From NCBI GenBank assembly GCA_964016885.1, contig OZ024740.1, positions 154,876,001 through 154,940,000 on the forward strand: 64,000 bases of DNA, in the 5' to 3' direction. The position numbers and the translations under genes were made by a program. A model generated the notes under the pieces. That model was not told where the DNA came from. It worked only from the letters and a program-made list of their open reading frames with translations, and searched no databases. Below are positions 12,582 through 26,690 of this stretch, piece after piece; position 1 is the stretch's first letter, and each line of letters opens with the position of its first letter. Origin of the DNA: Eledone cirrhosa. Its lineage: Eukaryota.

Positions 12582-14555
12582 ACCGGGTTCCCTATGATTC
12601 AGGTGATATCATCAGGTATTCGAAATATAATAAGTGAATGTAATAGATAAAATCCATGGGGCTGAAAATCAAAGACCTGAGAACGACCGCCATCCAGCAT
12701 CTTCCACCTTTGCCGGTCGCCCTCAAGTGACGTGGATAAAGCTTACAGTGTGCTACTACCGGTCAAATAAAGGAAAACAGAAAGGAATAGGAACATAAGT
12801 CAGCGTTAATATCATGCCACAAGAAAAGAAAGAAAGAAAGAAGAGAAAAGAAGGGGGAAGGAAGAAAAGGAAGAAGATGAGAAGCCAGGGTTAATGTCAG
12901 TTATAAGAAGAAAGACAGAAAGAAAGAGGAGGAAAGGTCGGTATTACAGTCAGGCCAGGAATGTTGCGAAAAAAAAAAATTTTATTCTAAGGGACCCGTA
13001 TTTTAACAACTACTACCTGTCAAATATAGCCAAACAAAAAGGGGAAGGAAGATAAGTCAGCGTTAATATCATGCCACAAGGAGAAAAACAGAAAGAAGGG
13101 AGAAGAGAAGGAAGAAAAGGAAGAAGAAGAAAAGTCAGGGTTGATGGCTACAAGAAGAAAGATAGAAAGAAAGAGGAAGAAAGGTCGATATTAATGTCAG
13201 ACTACAGTCAGGCCAGGAATGGCGCGAAAAAAAGATTTTCAAAGGGACCCGTATCTTAGCAGAGGTAAATATAGTGGGGGTCAGTATGTTATAATGTGTG
13301 AGCAGAAGATTGGAACGTTACATTTTTGTTTAGACTTATATGATGAATTTAAAAAATGAATATTTAATATTAACATTATAAAATTAAAGAAATTAGAAAA
13401 TTGAAAGTTAAACAGTTTAACATTTGTAAGGTTGCGATGTTTAAGCAAAGAAAGAGTCTTTTATGAAGAAACTTAAATTTTATTATAGAGTAAAGATTAT
13501 GTCTTTGTTTAGCCGTCAAACAGCATGCGGCGACTACAAGCTTGGGCAGCCCATCACTCCGAGTGATATCGCCTAGCGAAAGATATGGAAATCGATTTTT
13601 CCGAGCACTCTAAGAATGTATAACAGGCTTCAGGTGCGCCAGCAGGAAGTCAGCCCGCATCGTTAGGCCATTCTTTACAAAACCAGTACTATTCCTTTAC
13701 CCAAGAGGGGGATTTGCTTAAGTAGAGGGAGGCGTGATACATCTAATAGTTCTGATTTGATCTGTAATTTAAAGGTACAATATGGCGGTCAAAAAACCGG
13801 CTGCGCGCCGGGCCCCAGGGGCGAATCAAGCCACTCCGAGTAGTTTCATTTACCGAAAGAAGGGGAAATTTATTTTTCCAAGCACTCAAGGTAGGCCTAT
13901 GCGCCAGGGGGCGGGTCCCGCCGCCAAGAAAACCAACCCAACAGTCCGACAGAAAGTTGGAACGTTAAAATATTGTTTAGATTTATAGGATGAAGTTGAA
14001 AGAATTCAGAATAACATTATAAAATTAAAGAGTAAGAAGATTGAGAATTGAACAAATAGAAAATTGAAAATTAAACATTTAAAAAACTTTTTTAAGGTTT
14101 TGGGTTGCGGGGTTTATTTAAAGAGAGTCTTTTATGTTTTCCTTTGTTTGACCGGTAGTAGCACACTGTAAGCTTTATCCACGTCACTTGAGGGCGACCG
14201 GCAAAGGTGGAAGATGCTGGATGGCGGTCGTTCTCGGGTCTTTGATTTTCAGCCCCATGGATTTTATCTATTACATTCACTTATTATATTTCGAATACCT
14301 GATGATATCACCGGATTCATACGGAACCCGGTCATTGAAATGATCATAGTATAATAAACCTTTCAAGGATTTAACACAAATCCAGCCTCCTGTCATTTCA
14401 TTATAATATTTAACTCCGTACTAGCACCACCAACTACAAAAACAAAGACGGTTGAACTGCTTTACATTGAGTACTCTCCATATTATTACATCAAGATTGA
14501 CCATACGGAATTGACCAGCTCTATCCAGTGGTGAATCTCAAACCTGAATAAATGA
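12582..14555 (+). mobile_element. Non-coding element with ~200-bp inverted repeats (12582-12779 / 14135-14332), probably a non-autonomous PLE
   Basis: Inverted repeats directly visible; degenerate HHR core (CTGATGA...GGAAcccggTC), downstream ACTC...TACATTGAGT hairpin, ends in (TA)n; no TSD found. Confidence 0.6.
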
Positions 14556-14812
14556 ATATATATATATATATATATATATGTGTAAATGTGCGTATGTATA
14601 TAAGCATGTATATTTTATGTCTCTCTTTTATGTTTTTTTGTGTTTTTTTATATTTCTTGTGGATACATTCTTATTAGTATGTCAAGGTTGACACTTTCCT
14701 TTAATTACTTACTCCCTTACCTCCTTTACTTCTGCATCTGAATGTAAGTGTGTGTGGGCGTGTTTATGTGAGCGCCTCAATATCCATATAGTATAGTTAT
14801 AATAATAATATA

Positions 14813-15040
<228 letters not shown>

Positions 15041-15279
15041 TTCTGTCTGTAGATTGTAGACATTAGCCCTAAATTTTTATATTTACATACACTTTTTCAA
15101 CATGCGTATACATATGAACATACAATTTTATGCACATCTGTGAACGGTTTTACATACATATATACACACACCTAACTGTATTTTCTTGATGGATTTTTAT
15201 GTATTTCATTGGTCTATTTAAAATCTGTTCCCAAACAGACCTGTAATTTTGAATTATTGTTATTATCAATAAATATGCA

Positions 15280-15420
15280 TCATTATTTCTGAAGACAGCA
15301 TATATATGTGAAGGTATGTATATTCTCTTTGATAGTTTGTATAATTTTGTACATAGATCTTTTGAATATGCATATCAATTCTAACACATGTATGTCCTAG
15401 AAACGATCGTAAAATAATGA
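15280..15420 (+). ncRNA. Type I hammerhead with long (~104 nt) stem II and palindromic stem III
   Basis: TCATTATTT-CTGAAGA-...-GAAA-cgatcg-TA-AAATAATGA; 9-bp stem I; stem II helices TATATGTG/CACATGTA and TATGTATATTC/GAATATGCATA. Confidence 0.8.
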
Positions 15421-15671
15421 ACTTTTTTTGTTTAATATAAGGAACTGTTTCTTTGTTTATTCATTATTTTTTTAATAATTTATCTTGACTCTGTATTCCG
15501 TTTATCTTTCACCGAAAGAGATTTTTGAATGCATCTCTTCTTTTCATGATATCCGGATTACATTGAGTTCTTCATACGGATTGGACACTACCGTAAACTT
15601 TTGGTAGATTTATCTACATACTATATATTCATATATATATATATATATTCATATATATATATATATATATA

Positions 15672-15705
<34 letters not shown>

Positions 15706-15725
15706 TATATATATATATATATATA

Positions 15726-15776
<51 letters not shown>

Positions 15777-15944
15777 ATACTCTGGGAGGGCCATGTTGCC
15801 AACAAGAAACACACGCACCAGTTGCTTTCACTTCAATTTATTATATATTTATAAATCTATAAATTTACAAATTTACAAATTTACAAACCTATAAATTTCT
15901 GGTTGGTTGGTTGGTTCCACAACCAGATAGTTGTTTATATATAT

Positions 15945-15989
15945 AGTCATAGTCCTTTCGTCACACACTCTGTGACCTCCTCAGTGACT
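15945..15989 (-). ncRNA. Minimal type I hammerhead (mirror copy)
   Basis: Reverse complement of 17630-17674. Confidence 0.7.
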
Positions 15990-16296
15990 GGGGACCCCTT
16001 TCTTCGTTTCTGTGCTTTTCCTTTCTTCTATCCTACGCCATTTTGTTTCTGTGTGTGTGTTGTGTGCTCAGTTTGCGCATGCGCCACATCCGGGTGTCTG
16101 TGTGTGTTTGTGTTCATTTTTCTATTTTTCTATTTATATTTTTCTATTTGTTTATTTATTTATTTATTTATTGTTGGTTGGTTGTTTGTTCTATGTGTGT
16201 GTGTGTTTTCATTTTGTCCTGTGTGTGTTTTCATTTTGTGTGTGTTTTCAATTGTACGTTGTTTGTTCTATGTGTGTGTGTGTTTTCATTTTGTCC

Positions 16297-16803
16297 TTAA
16301 TTGTAAGTTGTGATGTTGCTGTTCCACTCATATTTTCTATTTAATTTTGGTTTTAATTCTTTTATGCTTACTGCCTCTGTAATTTGCCTAAACATTGCGT
16401 CTTTTCTGTGTGTGGATTCTATTTTTATTTCTATGCTCTCTAATCTACCCCTGTGTTCTATCTTAGCATGTTGGTAGAGCACAGATGATTCTTTATTATC
16501 TTGGAGGTCTCGCCAGTGTTCATTTATTCGTTCCCCTATACTACGAGCTGTCTCACCTATGTACACTATATTTTTGTTTCTACATTGTCCTTCAGTACAT
16601 CTTATGCTATACACTACATTTCTAGTTTTACAGTTAATATGGGGGCTTATTTTACAGGTTATACATTTCTTATCTATACATGAGGGTCTTTGGAACGGGT
16701 ATGTCTTGCTAATAAGTGTTTTTACGGAGGTACCAGGTCTTTCTACTATCTTAATATTGAGATTATGTTTATTTAGGGCCCTTCTAAATTTGTAGGCTAG
16801 TTC
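16297..16803 (-). pseudogene. PLE linker + GIY-YIG endonuclease fragment (left arm)
   Basis: ORF 16297-16614: VYSIRC...[17 protein letters not shown]...RQITEA...LNRKYEW. Confidence 0.85.
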
Positions 16804-17323
16804 AACCCCTAGAGGCGAACTAGCCTACAAATTTAGAAGGGCCCTAAATAAACATAATCTCAATATTAAGATAGTAGAAAGACCTGGTACCTCCGTAAAA
16901 ACACTTATTAGCAAGACATACCCGTTCCAAAGACCCTCATGTATAGATAAGAAATGTATAACCTGTAAAATAAGCCCCCATATTAACTGTAAAACTAGAA
17001 ATGTAGTGTATAGCATAAGATGTACTGAAGGACAATGTAGAAACAAAAATATAGTGTACATAGGTGAGACAGCTCGTAGTATAGGGGAACGAATAAATGA
17101 ACACTGGTGAGACCTCCAAGATAATAAAGAATCATCTGTGCTCTACCAACATGCTAAGATAGAACACAGGGGTAGATTAGAGAGCATAGAAATAAAAATA
17201 GAATCCACACACAGAAAAGACGCAATGTTTAGGCAAATTACAGAGGCAGTAAGCATAAAAGAATTAAAACCAAAATTAAATAGAAAATATGAGTGGAACA
17301 GCAACATCACAACTTACAATTAA
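16802..17323 (+). pseudogene. PLE linker + GIY-YIG endonuclease fragment (right arm, one CGA>TGA stop near 17108)
   Basis: STPRGELAYKF...KIVERPG...CIDKKCITCK...YIGETAR. Confidence 0.85.
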
Positions 17324-17526
17324 GGACAAAATGAAAACACACACACACATAGAACAAACAACTTACAATTGAAAACACACACAAAATGAAAACACACACA
17401 GGACAAAATGAAAACACACACACACATAGAACAAACAACCAACCAACAATAAATAAATAAATAAATAAACAAATAGAAAAATATAAATAGAAAAATAGAA
17501 AAATGAACACAAACGCACACAGACAC

Positions 17527-17584
17527 CCGGATGTGGCGCATGCGCAAACTGAGCACACAACACACACACAGAAACAAAATGGCG
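17527..17584 (+). promoter_or_regulatory. Putative pLTR promoter: ETS + NRF1 + YY1 motif cluster
   Basis: CCGGATGT (17527), GCGCATGCGCA (17536) and AAAATGGCG (17576), about 45 nt upstream of the HHR. Confidence 0.55.
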
Positions 17585-17629
17585 TAGGATAGAAGAAAGG
17601 AAAGGCACAGAAACGAAGAAGGGGTCCCC

Positions 17630-17674
17630 AGTCACTGAGGAGGTCACAGAGTGTGTGACGAAAGGACTATGACT
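17630..17674 (+). ncRNA. Minimal type I hammerhead
   Basis: AGTCA-CTGAGGA-gGTCACAgagtgTGTGAC-GAAA-ggac-TA-TGACT. Confidence 0.72.
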
Positions 17675-17906
17675 ATATATATAAACAACTATCTGGTTGT
17701 GGAACCAACCAACCAACCAGAAATTTATAGGTTTGTAAATTTGTAAATTTGTAAATTTATAGATTTATAAATATATAATAAATTGAAGTGAAAGCAACTG
17801 GTGCGTGTGTTTCTTGTTGGCAACATGGCCCTCCCAGAGTATAACAATATCGGTTTCAACACACGATTTCAGATAAAGAGTCTTGCTAAACAAATTCAGA
17901 AACGAA

Positions 17907-18763
<857 letters not shown>

Positions 18764-18989
18764 GAATGGGATTGTCGATGTTAATGTTTGTATCTGTATT
18801 TATGTAAAACAAAAAAAGGGATCAATAGAATAAATACCAAACTTTAAAAAACATTAACTTCTTTCACGGGTTGTATATTTCCTACCAGAAACATTTACTA
18901 AATTACTACACCATTTCCACAGTATCTTTAATCATTATTCAGCTCTGAACCTTTATACTTTCTTCATTCAACTATATTCTCCAAACCTG

Positions 18990-19230
18990 GGCAGGGTGAT
19001 TTTGTGGAAGTCCAGCACACTCAAACATGCAAGTTTCATTTCTCTACAACACTGGCATTGTCCAACGAAAGACAAAGGTTGATAGAGTTAGGCACCAGTT
19101 TTGTTGCAATTCGTTTTTTCCAGCTGAATGAACCTGAGGAACATGAAATAAAATGTCTTGCTCATGGACACAGTATGCTTCTCAACCTGAGAATCAAACT
19201 TATGACCCTACATAGTGAGCCTTTGCAGTC
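18990..19230 (-). mobile_element. Degenerate CORE-type SINE
   Basis: TGAAATAAAATGTCTTGCTCA...GAGAATCAAACT resembles 4661-4720. Confidence 0.5.
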
Positions 19231-19703
19231 ATGACAAAAGGTGGAGGGGCTTTCGATTTTATCTCCATTAACACCTTGTCCACTTTAACATTTCAACTTA
19301 AACTATTTTATATTTGTTTAACTTTAATTCATTTCATCTCTCATATAATTCCAGCTCCTACATATACTCCTGAAGCTGTTCCTGGTACGGGTTCGACCAT
19401 ATTTCCATGCTTTCTTATCCGTGTAGCATGTATAATATCTGTTTGTTATCTTTTCTATGCAGTGCATAATTATGTACATACCTGAGTGACAATACATATA
19501 TTGTTATAAATTACAATTTTTGTATATATGTGTATGCGTTTCTAAGTGACTGTATATTATTGTTATAAGCTATGATTTGTGTGCGTATATATATATATAT
19601 TTGTACACATATATGTGTGCGTATTTGTATATGTGTGTGTTTGTATGTATATGTTGTTTGCCTCTAAGTAACTGTATATATAGTATTCTAAATTGCCTTT
19701 TGC

Positions 19704-20153
<450 letters not shown>

Positions 20154-20207
20154 GTAGTGAAAGAGGCAAGAATAACATGGTTGGCTGTACAAAAAGGGTT
20201 TTATTTA

Positions 20208-20322
20208 CAGTATTAACAATTGTTTCATTGATCAGGTGAGTCTAAAGGCCGCTAATCACTCGAAGTTGCGTCACTCGACCTTAAATACAGTGTGTGTCTC
20301 TGATCAAATCATCGGAATACTG
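20208..20322 (-). ncRNA. Type I hammerhead with CCGAUGA core and extended stem II, in a PLE pLTR (~20150-20610)
   Basis: Minus strand: CAGTATT-CCGATGA-tTTGATCAG...CTGATCAAt-GAAA-caattg-TT-AATACTG. Confidence 0.75.
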
Positions 20323-20609
20323 GAGGGTTTAACACATGGCATTGGTATTTATAGATACATCGGAGAATCAAAACAATAACATCAATAATAAAAGATAATA
20401 ATAAAGAAGTTAGAAGGAAAATGATAAAGATGTAAAAAAATAAGTACAGAATACGATTGCTGATAATAGTAGTAGTGGTGGGGGTAGTTGAAGTTACAGT
20501 AGTGAGTATGTGGATGTGTAAAGTAGTGATGACGGTAGAGATAACCATAACATGAAAAGGAACATTAAATACATATGTAGTATAAATGTACGAGGTATGA
20601 TCAAATCCC

Positions 20610-20649
<40 letters not shown>

Positions 20650-20678
20650 ATATAGATATAGTTATATGTATATATATG

Positions 20679-20729
<51 letters not shown>

Positions 20730-20796
20730 GAATATATATGTATATATGTATATATGTATATATATGTATATATGTATATATGTATATATATGTGTG

Positions 20797-20845
<49 letters not shown>

Positions 20846-20870
20846 GTATATATATATATGTATATATATG

Positions 20871-20903
<33 letters not shown>

Positions 20904-20962
20904 GTATATATATATATGTATATATACATGTATATATATATGTATATATATTTATATATATA

Positions 20963-20998
<36 letters not shown>

Positions 20999-21170
20999 TA
21001 TATACATATATATATACATGTATATATACATATATATATATACATATATGTATATATATATATATGTATATATGTATATATATATATATATGTATATATA
21101 CATGTATATATATATATGTATATATACATGTATATATATATGTATATATATTTATATATATATGTATATA

Positions 21171-21213
<43 letters not shown>
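20610..21213. repeat. (TA)n/(TG)n compound microsatellite
   Basis: Direct observation. Confidence 0.97.
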
Positions 21214-21216
<3 letters not shown>

Positions 21217-22194
21217 AAGACCTCCCTGTATAGATAAGAAATGCATAATCTGTAAACTAAGCCCCATATTAACTGTAAAACTAGAAACATAGTATATAGA
21301 ATAAGATGTACTGAAGGACAATGTAAAGATAAGAATATAGTGTACATAGGTGAGACAGCTCGTAGTATAGGAGAACGGTTAAATGAACACTGGCGAGAGC
21401 TTCAAGATAGAAAAGAATCATCAATACTCCACCAACATGCTAAAATAGAACATAAGGGCAAATTAGAGAACATAGAAATAAAAATAAAATCTACACACAG
21501 AAAAGACGCAATGTTTAGACAAATCACAGAGGCAATAAACATAGATGAACTCCAACCAAAATTAAATAGAAAACATGAATCAGATGTTGTTTACTCGAGA
21601 GAAGGCTACGTTGGTATGGCCACGTGATGCGCATGAAGGACGATAGCTGTATAACAAAGTGCAGGGCAATAAAGATAGACGGTAGCCACGGAATAGGCAG
21701 ACCCAGAAAAACCTGGGACGAGCTGATAAATTCCGACCTCACACACTTACACCTCACCAAGACAATGTCACTGGACCGAGACCTTTGGCGGTACTCAGTA
21801 ATAGAGAAGACCCGCCTTACCTAAATACATAGTAAAACCTACTACAGCCAGTAGGCATCTCTAACAAAACACACCCCCGTCCCACCACCCCCACCCCATC
21901 CACACCGCCCCTTTCAATGTAAAGTTATGTTGGATCCACAACATCCAGGCCGAAACAAATGAGATCGTGTAGGTGTCATGTCAAAAAACACACAGTTCAC
22001 GCTGTAATGTGGCCGTGTAGGCAACACGGTAAAAACCTCCCAGCCCCACACTGTAAATGTGGTTGGTGTTAGGAAGGGCATCCAGCTGTAGAAAACCCGC
22101 CAGATAGTCCTATGCGAGCAAGATAACCACTCTTGCCTCAAGTGGGAAAACCCTCCGTCCAAACCCATGCAAGCGTGGAACACGGACGTTAAAC

Positions 22195-22239
<45 letters not shown>

Positions 22240-22350
22240 TGGAATAGCAACATCACAACTTACAATTAAGGACAAAATGAATACATATACACATAGAACA
22301 AACAACCAACCAGTAACATGTAAATAAACAAATAAATAAACAAATAAAAA
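21213..22350 (+). mobile_element. Second copy of the truncated PLE GIY-YIG fragment, interrupted by an RTE
   Basis: Nearly identical to 1652-2130; ORF 21340-21580 matches. Confidence 0.9.
21581..22234 (+). mobile_element. 5'-truncated RTE LINE with (GAT)n tail and ATGAAT target-site duplication
   Basis: RRLRWYGHVMRMKDDSCITKC...GRPRKTWDELI; ATGAAT at 21575-21580 and 22235-22240; the empty site is present in the 1652 copy. Confidence 0.92.
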
Positions 22351-22524
22351 CACATACAATCTTACCTTTATAATTTTATAATAGAAAATTTGTTATGTTC
22401 TAAACACCAGCTTAATGATGGGAAATAAGTTATGTCACAAAATCCCAACAAATTCGTGATTATTTAAAAAAATTAGTTGAAAATCAGTTTCCTTAGAAAT
22501 ATGGTAAGGAAAAGATTAATGTTG

Positions 22525-22700
22525 TGAATTGTTAGAATCGTTAGAACATCGGACAAAATACCTTCCAGTATTTATTCCAGTTCTTTACAGTCTGAGTTCA
22601 AATTCCGCTGAAATCAAACTTGCCTTTCATCTTCCTAGATTCAATAAAATAAAGTAGGGTTAATTTAATCAACTAATCCATTCCTATCACCAAATGTACC
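22525..22700 (+). mobile_element. Degenerate tRNA-like SINE (family of 44838-45020)
   Basis: TCTGAGTTCAAATTCCGCTGAAATCAAACTTGCCTTTCATC...AATAAAATAAAGTA. Confidence 0.65.
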
Positions 22701-23534
22701 TCCATTATATTTTATTGTCAATGGTATTTTAATGAAAATATATTTTTCTTGTAACCCTTTTAGTGTGACCTTATTACCGTTAACCAATTGTACAGTTGTT
22801 CCCTTGTAATACGTATATTTCAACGAACCTGAGCCATTTGAAATATATTTTGTTCAGAAATACAGACATGTACATTAGTCAAAACACTCCTTCCTAATAC
22901 TACTAACAACAATAATTTATAACTTCTATTTATCTTTATAACACAAATGATCAACAAGTAACATTCAGTATAAAAATAAATACTGATTTGTTTCAAATTA
23001 GTCAGTTGAGACATTTACCACCTCTCACTTGCAATACATATTTTGGTGAGGCAATGTATCCTCTACGTGGTAATTTGATCTGTGAAAATAGCTAAACATA
23101 TCTACTGTCTTAGAAAAACGAGGACTTGTTTTAGGGTATGGATGTCCCCATGATCTTCGTTGCTCCTCTATTCTGTATCTAGAAAAATAGGCATGGCTAG
23201 AATGCGTACACAATTAGGGACGACCTGGCTCAAACAAGATCTGATCAATCGACCAACTAGAAATAACAACACAGTCTCCATCAAATTGTACCTTTCCACC
23301 TTTAAAAAGGTAGAATACACTGAATAATGTAGTTCTGGATACGCAATACTCAAGAGATGGTATTGGTTGGAAAGACTTTAATGTTAGGTCTACTGAAGGC
23401 TGATAAGGGGCTAAACAACAATGAAAAGAGCAAGAACAAAATGTAGCTGTTTTACGCCTGCTTACATTACATTACAAATAAATACAAACATCCAGTCATT
23501 AGCGACACCACAAAATTAATAATTTATAATTTAG

Positions 23535-23700
23535 ACTCAAGGCGAGCAATTTGTAGGGAGAGGAAAGTTGATTATATCGATCCCAATACTTTATTTTATC
23601 GACCCCGCAACGATGAAAGGTAAAGCTAACCTTGTTCAGCGTAACGGGGTGTACCTCTATGCTGCAGAGAATGTTTGATGCTTTGCCAATACTGCCAATA
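23535..23700 (-). mobile_element. Degenerate SINE (same family)
   Basis: TACTTTATTTTATCGACCCC...GATGAAAGGTAAAG. Confidence 0.6.
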
Positions 23701-24440
23701 CAACGTTAATAATAAATAAATATGTTTCACATAGAATTATAGCTGCAATGTTCAACGTAACAATACTTTGTATAAACTTGGAAATATTTCACTAGAGGTG
23801 GTTGACAATTAGAATCTCGACGTTTATATATATATACAATATGTGGAAAAGGTAACACACTAGAGAGAGATAGTGTGCCATCAATAAAACAGGGAAAAAC
23901 CAGCAGTGTATGGAATCTATAACCTATGAAAGGCAGGGTAGACACACAATAATTAAAAATATAAATTAAAATGTATATACGTACCTCCATAACTATATAA
24001 CACACACGTACAAATGCAAAGAGATCTGTTTCGCCAAGAAGTTGGAATAGCCCGTGGTTCATCAGCGTGTGCAAGGATATACATTTCAGACAACTCTAAG
24101 AGAATTTAAAGCGACCGTCCAGTTACACGTGGGAGAGAGATGTCACGGCGTGTTTTAAAGAGCTCAGGATTCCTTTTCCTTTGAGCACATTATTGACAGG
24201 GAATAGCGAGAGTCTATGGCTCCGTTAATTTATCGTGATATATATATATATAATAATAATAATAATAATATTATTTATACTTATATATATACACTATATA
24301 TAATTATAAACAGGAAAGGTCAGTAATTCATTACCACCTTATTACCAGTAAAAAAATAGCTCAATATAAATACATCAGATGTTTTACAGAGCCGGAATAT
24401 AAATTACAGAATAATCAAAACTATGTTCAAAACATTTTAT

Positions 24441-24487
24441 TGCTGACAATTGTTTCTTCCAAACTTTCGTTTGGGATCATCGGAGCA
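24441..24487 (-). ncRNA. Minimal type I hammerhead with CCGAUGA core
   Basis: TGCT-CCGATGA-tcCCAAACgaaaGTTTGGaa-GAAA-caattg-TC-AGCA; further copies at 29059-29105 (-, C3 mutated) and 29714-29760 (+). Confidence 0.78.
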
Positions 24488-25584
24488 CTAGCAAAGTTTA
24501 GACATATAATTAACCTCCTATTCCACAGAACAATCGTAAAGATACGTAGATGTTAGTGTTGTCATTAACAGTGTCATATTTAAAGAGTGAAGATGATGTG
24601 GTCAGTATTAGTGGGTGCGACAAAGATTATAAAAGAATAATACAACAATTATAGAGGAAATAAAGAAGAAAGTTACTCGCAAAACGAGGACATTAGCAGT
24701 ACATATGCAAGCGTATAGGAAGAGTGCAGATGTGTTAGGCATGTACAGAATACCCAGGTAAGAAACAATCAATGGTACTAAGCATATATATCACAGTATG
24801 GCAAAGGTATCACATAATACAATACAGGTATAAAAGCATATTAAGCAGACAGGGATGCTTGGGTATGAAAAGCAGTTTCTATGAAGTTTATGGTGGATGT
24901 AATGTGATAATTGTTCTGGTATTGTTCAAATGTACATATGTTGTGAGTATTAATATTAAGGTTTTCTTTTCCATTACATTGGTTATATTTTAGTAAATGT
25001 TTATTACTAGTTACAACTATGGATTGTATATTGGTCCAATTACAATCTCATCAAAGGTTAGAGTTGTTCTAGAGTGATCTGTCTAACGCTTTAATTTCAG
25101 GAAGTGATTAGATATCTATATTAAGGGGAGCTAATGTGAAAGGGGAGGTAATTGGCGATTAATTTGTATATAAGAGAATAGTGTATAGTTGTTTACAACT
25201 CCAATTAGTTAAATTCTATGTGTTAATATACAATATATTATGTTATAACTGAATCCTTTTATATAATGCTATTTATTTTTAAATTTATATATTTAATTTT
25301 AAATAAATCTTTTTTCCATATAATACCCTAAAGGTCTCATTTTATCACTACCTACCCATATATTAATTAAATGAATAAAATATTATTAAGTTATTGTAGT
25401 TATATTAAATGGTGGTAACTTTATGTTTATTCCTAATAGTTATTGTAGAGTATAAGATTTGAGATAAATAGGAGGTAAGTAGAGGAATGAGCTGATCATG
25501 GAATGTGATGCTGTGGGGGTAATTATATGCTGATAAAACCTAGAGGTAAAGTGGTGAGAAATCCAGATCTGACATTGTTATATA

Positions 25585-26690
25585 CTAACAGCTAGGTTTG
25601 AAGTTATGGAAAGAGTGTCGGTGGTGGTGTTGGCGCATGGACAAAATTTCTGATTTTCTATTTAAGAGGTTTAGCTTAGAATAGATTATAGTGCGAGTCT
25701 CTAGAAGACAGAGGTTACATAATTTATTCGGTGATTTATACGATGCAGCCTTGTCTATTACTTCCCATTGAAGTGTATATGGTCTATTCTTAGTTTTCAG
25801 AGAGTGTATGTAGTTAGATAAAGAAGTGGAGTTGGCTAGATTGCGATTTTTGAAAGTGTGGAGATGCGAGTTATATCTCGTCTTGAAGCAGTTCGAGGTA
25901 GAACCAATATATGTTTTTGAAGTGTTGTTTGTAATGACTGAGTATGAGTAAATGATGTCTTTGATTAAGCAATTTTTTCCTAAGGGGCAAGTTCTATTTG
26001 TTCTACAGTTACAGTTATTTACTTGCTAGTTAATAGGGTGTGTAGATGCATTGTTGTTAAGGATAGCATTAGGGTAATGATGATTATCATTCCCATTGTT
26101 ATTAATTTCATTAGTGCTATTACTATTATTGCTACTAGAATTCTCTGGTACTATGTTGTTATGTAAGTTCACCCCCTTTTGCCATTTAATTAGTTGGAAA
26201 TAATTATTAATCTTCCTTTTATCACTACTAGCTATATGGTACGCGATGTTAGGTGTGGTAGAGTAAGAGATTTTAATGGTATTTTTATTGATAAGATTAT
26301 GGTATTTGTGGTCGACTGTGAATTTTTTTTCTAAGATTGAGAAGAAAGCCTTAAACAAGTTAGTAGAAACGTTTAGATTGAAATGGGGATTGAAAAATGT
26401 ATTAGTTCTTCTATTTTTGTTTTTTGTAATGTTATTTGAGGTATTGTTTATATTTCTGTTTATATTATTATTGGGGTGGTTATTTTGGTGCGAGTTAAGT
26501 TTGATATTACCCTTCGTACTAGAGTTAGAGTGGCTAGTACTTTTATTACTTTTATTCATGGCCATATTGTGAGAAATAATGTTGTAACTAGGTGATTTTA
26601 TAGGTAAAAATCTAATTTTATTTTTATGGCCTGATCGAGCTAAGGCCTCATTATAGTATTGGGAGTTACTGTTAAATATATATTTCTTTA
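25585..26690 (-). pseudogene. Hydra-PLE thumb/linker + GIY-YIG endonuclease (in-frame TAG at 26026)
   Basis: YYNEALARSG...FFNPHF...IKISYSTTPN; after the stop: CNCRTNRTCPL...TYIGSTSNCFKTRYNSH...CNLCLLE...LLNRKSE. Confidence 0.88.

Noticed and set aside
17108-17110. In-frame TGA as selenocysteine in a PLE endonuclease
   Set aside because: The mirror arm has CGA (Arg), so it is a CpG transition at a non-Cys position. The stop at 26026 is TAG.
23020-23400. Possible CR1-like 3' coding remnant on the minus strand
   Set aside because: Only faint motif resemblance; too degenerate to support.
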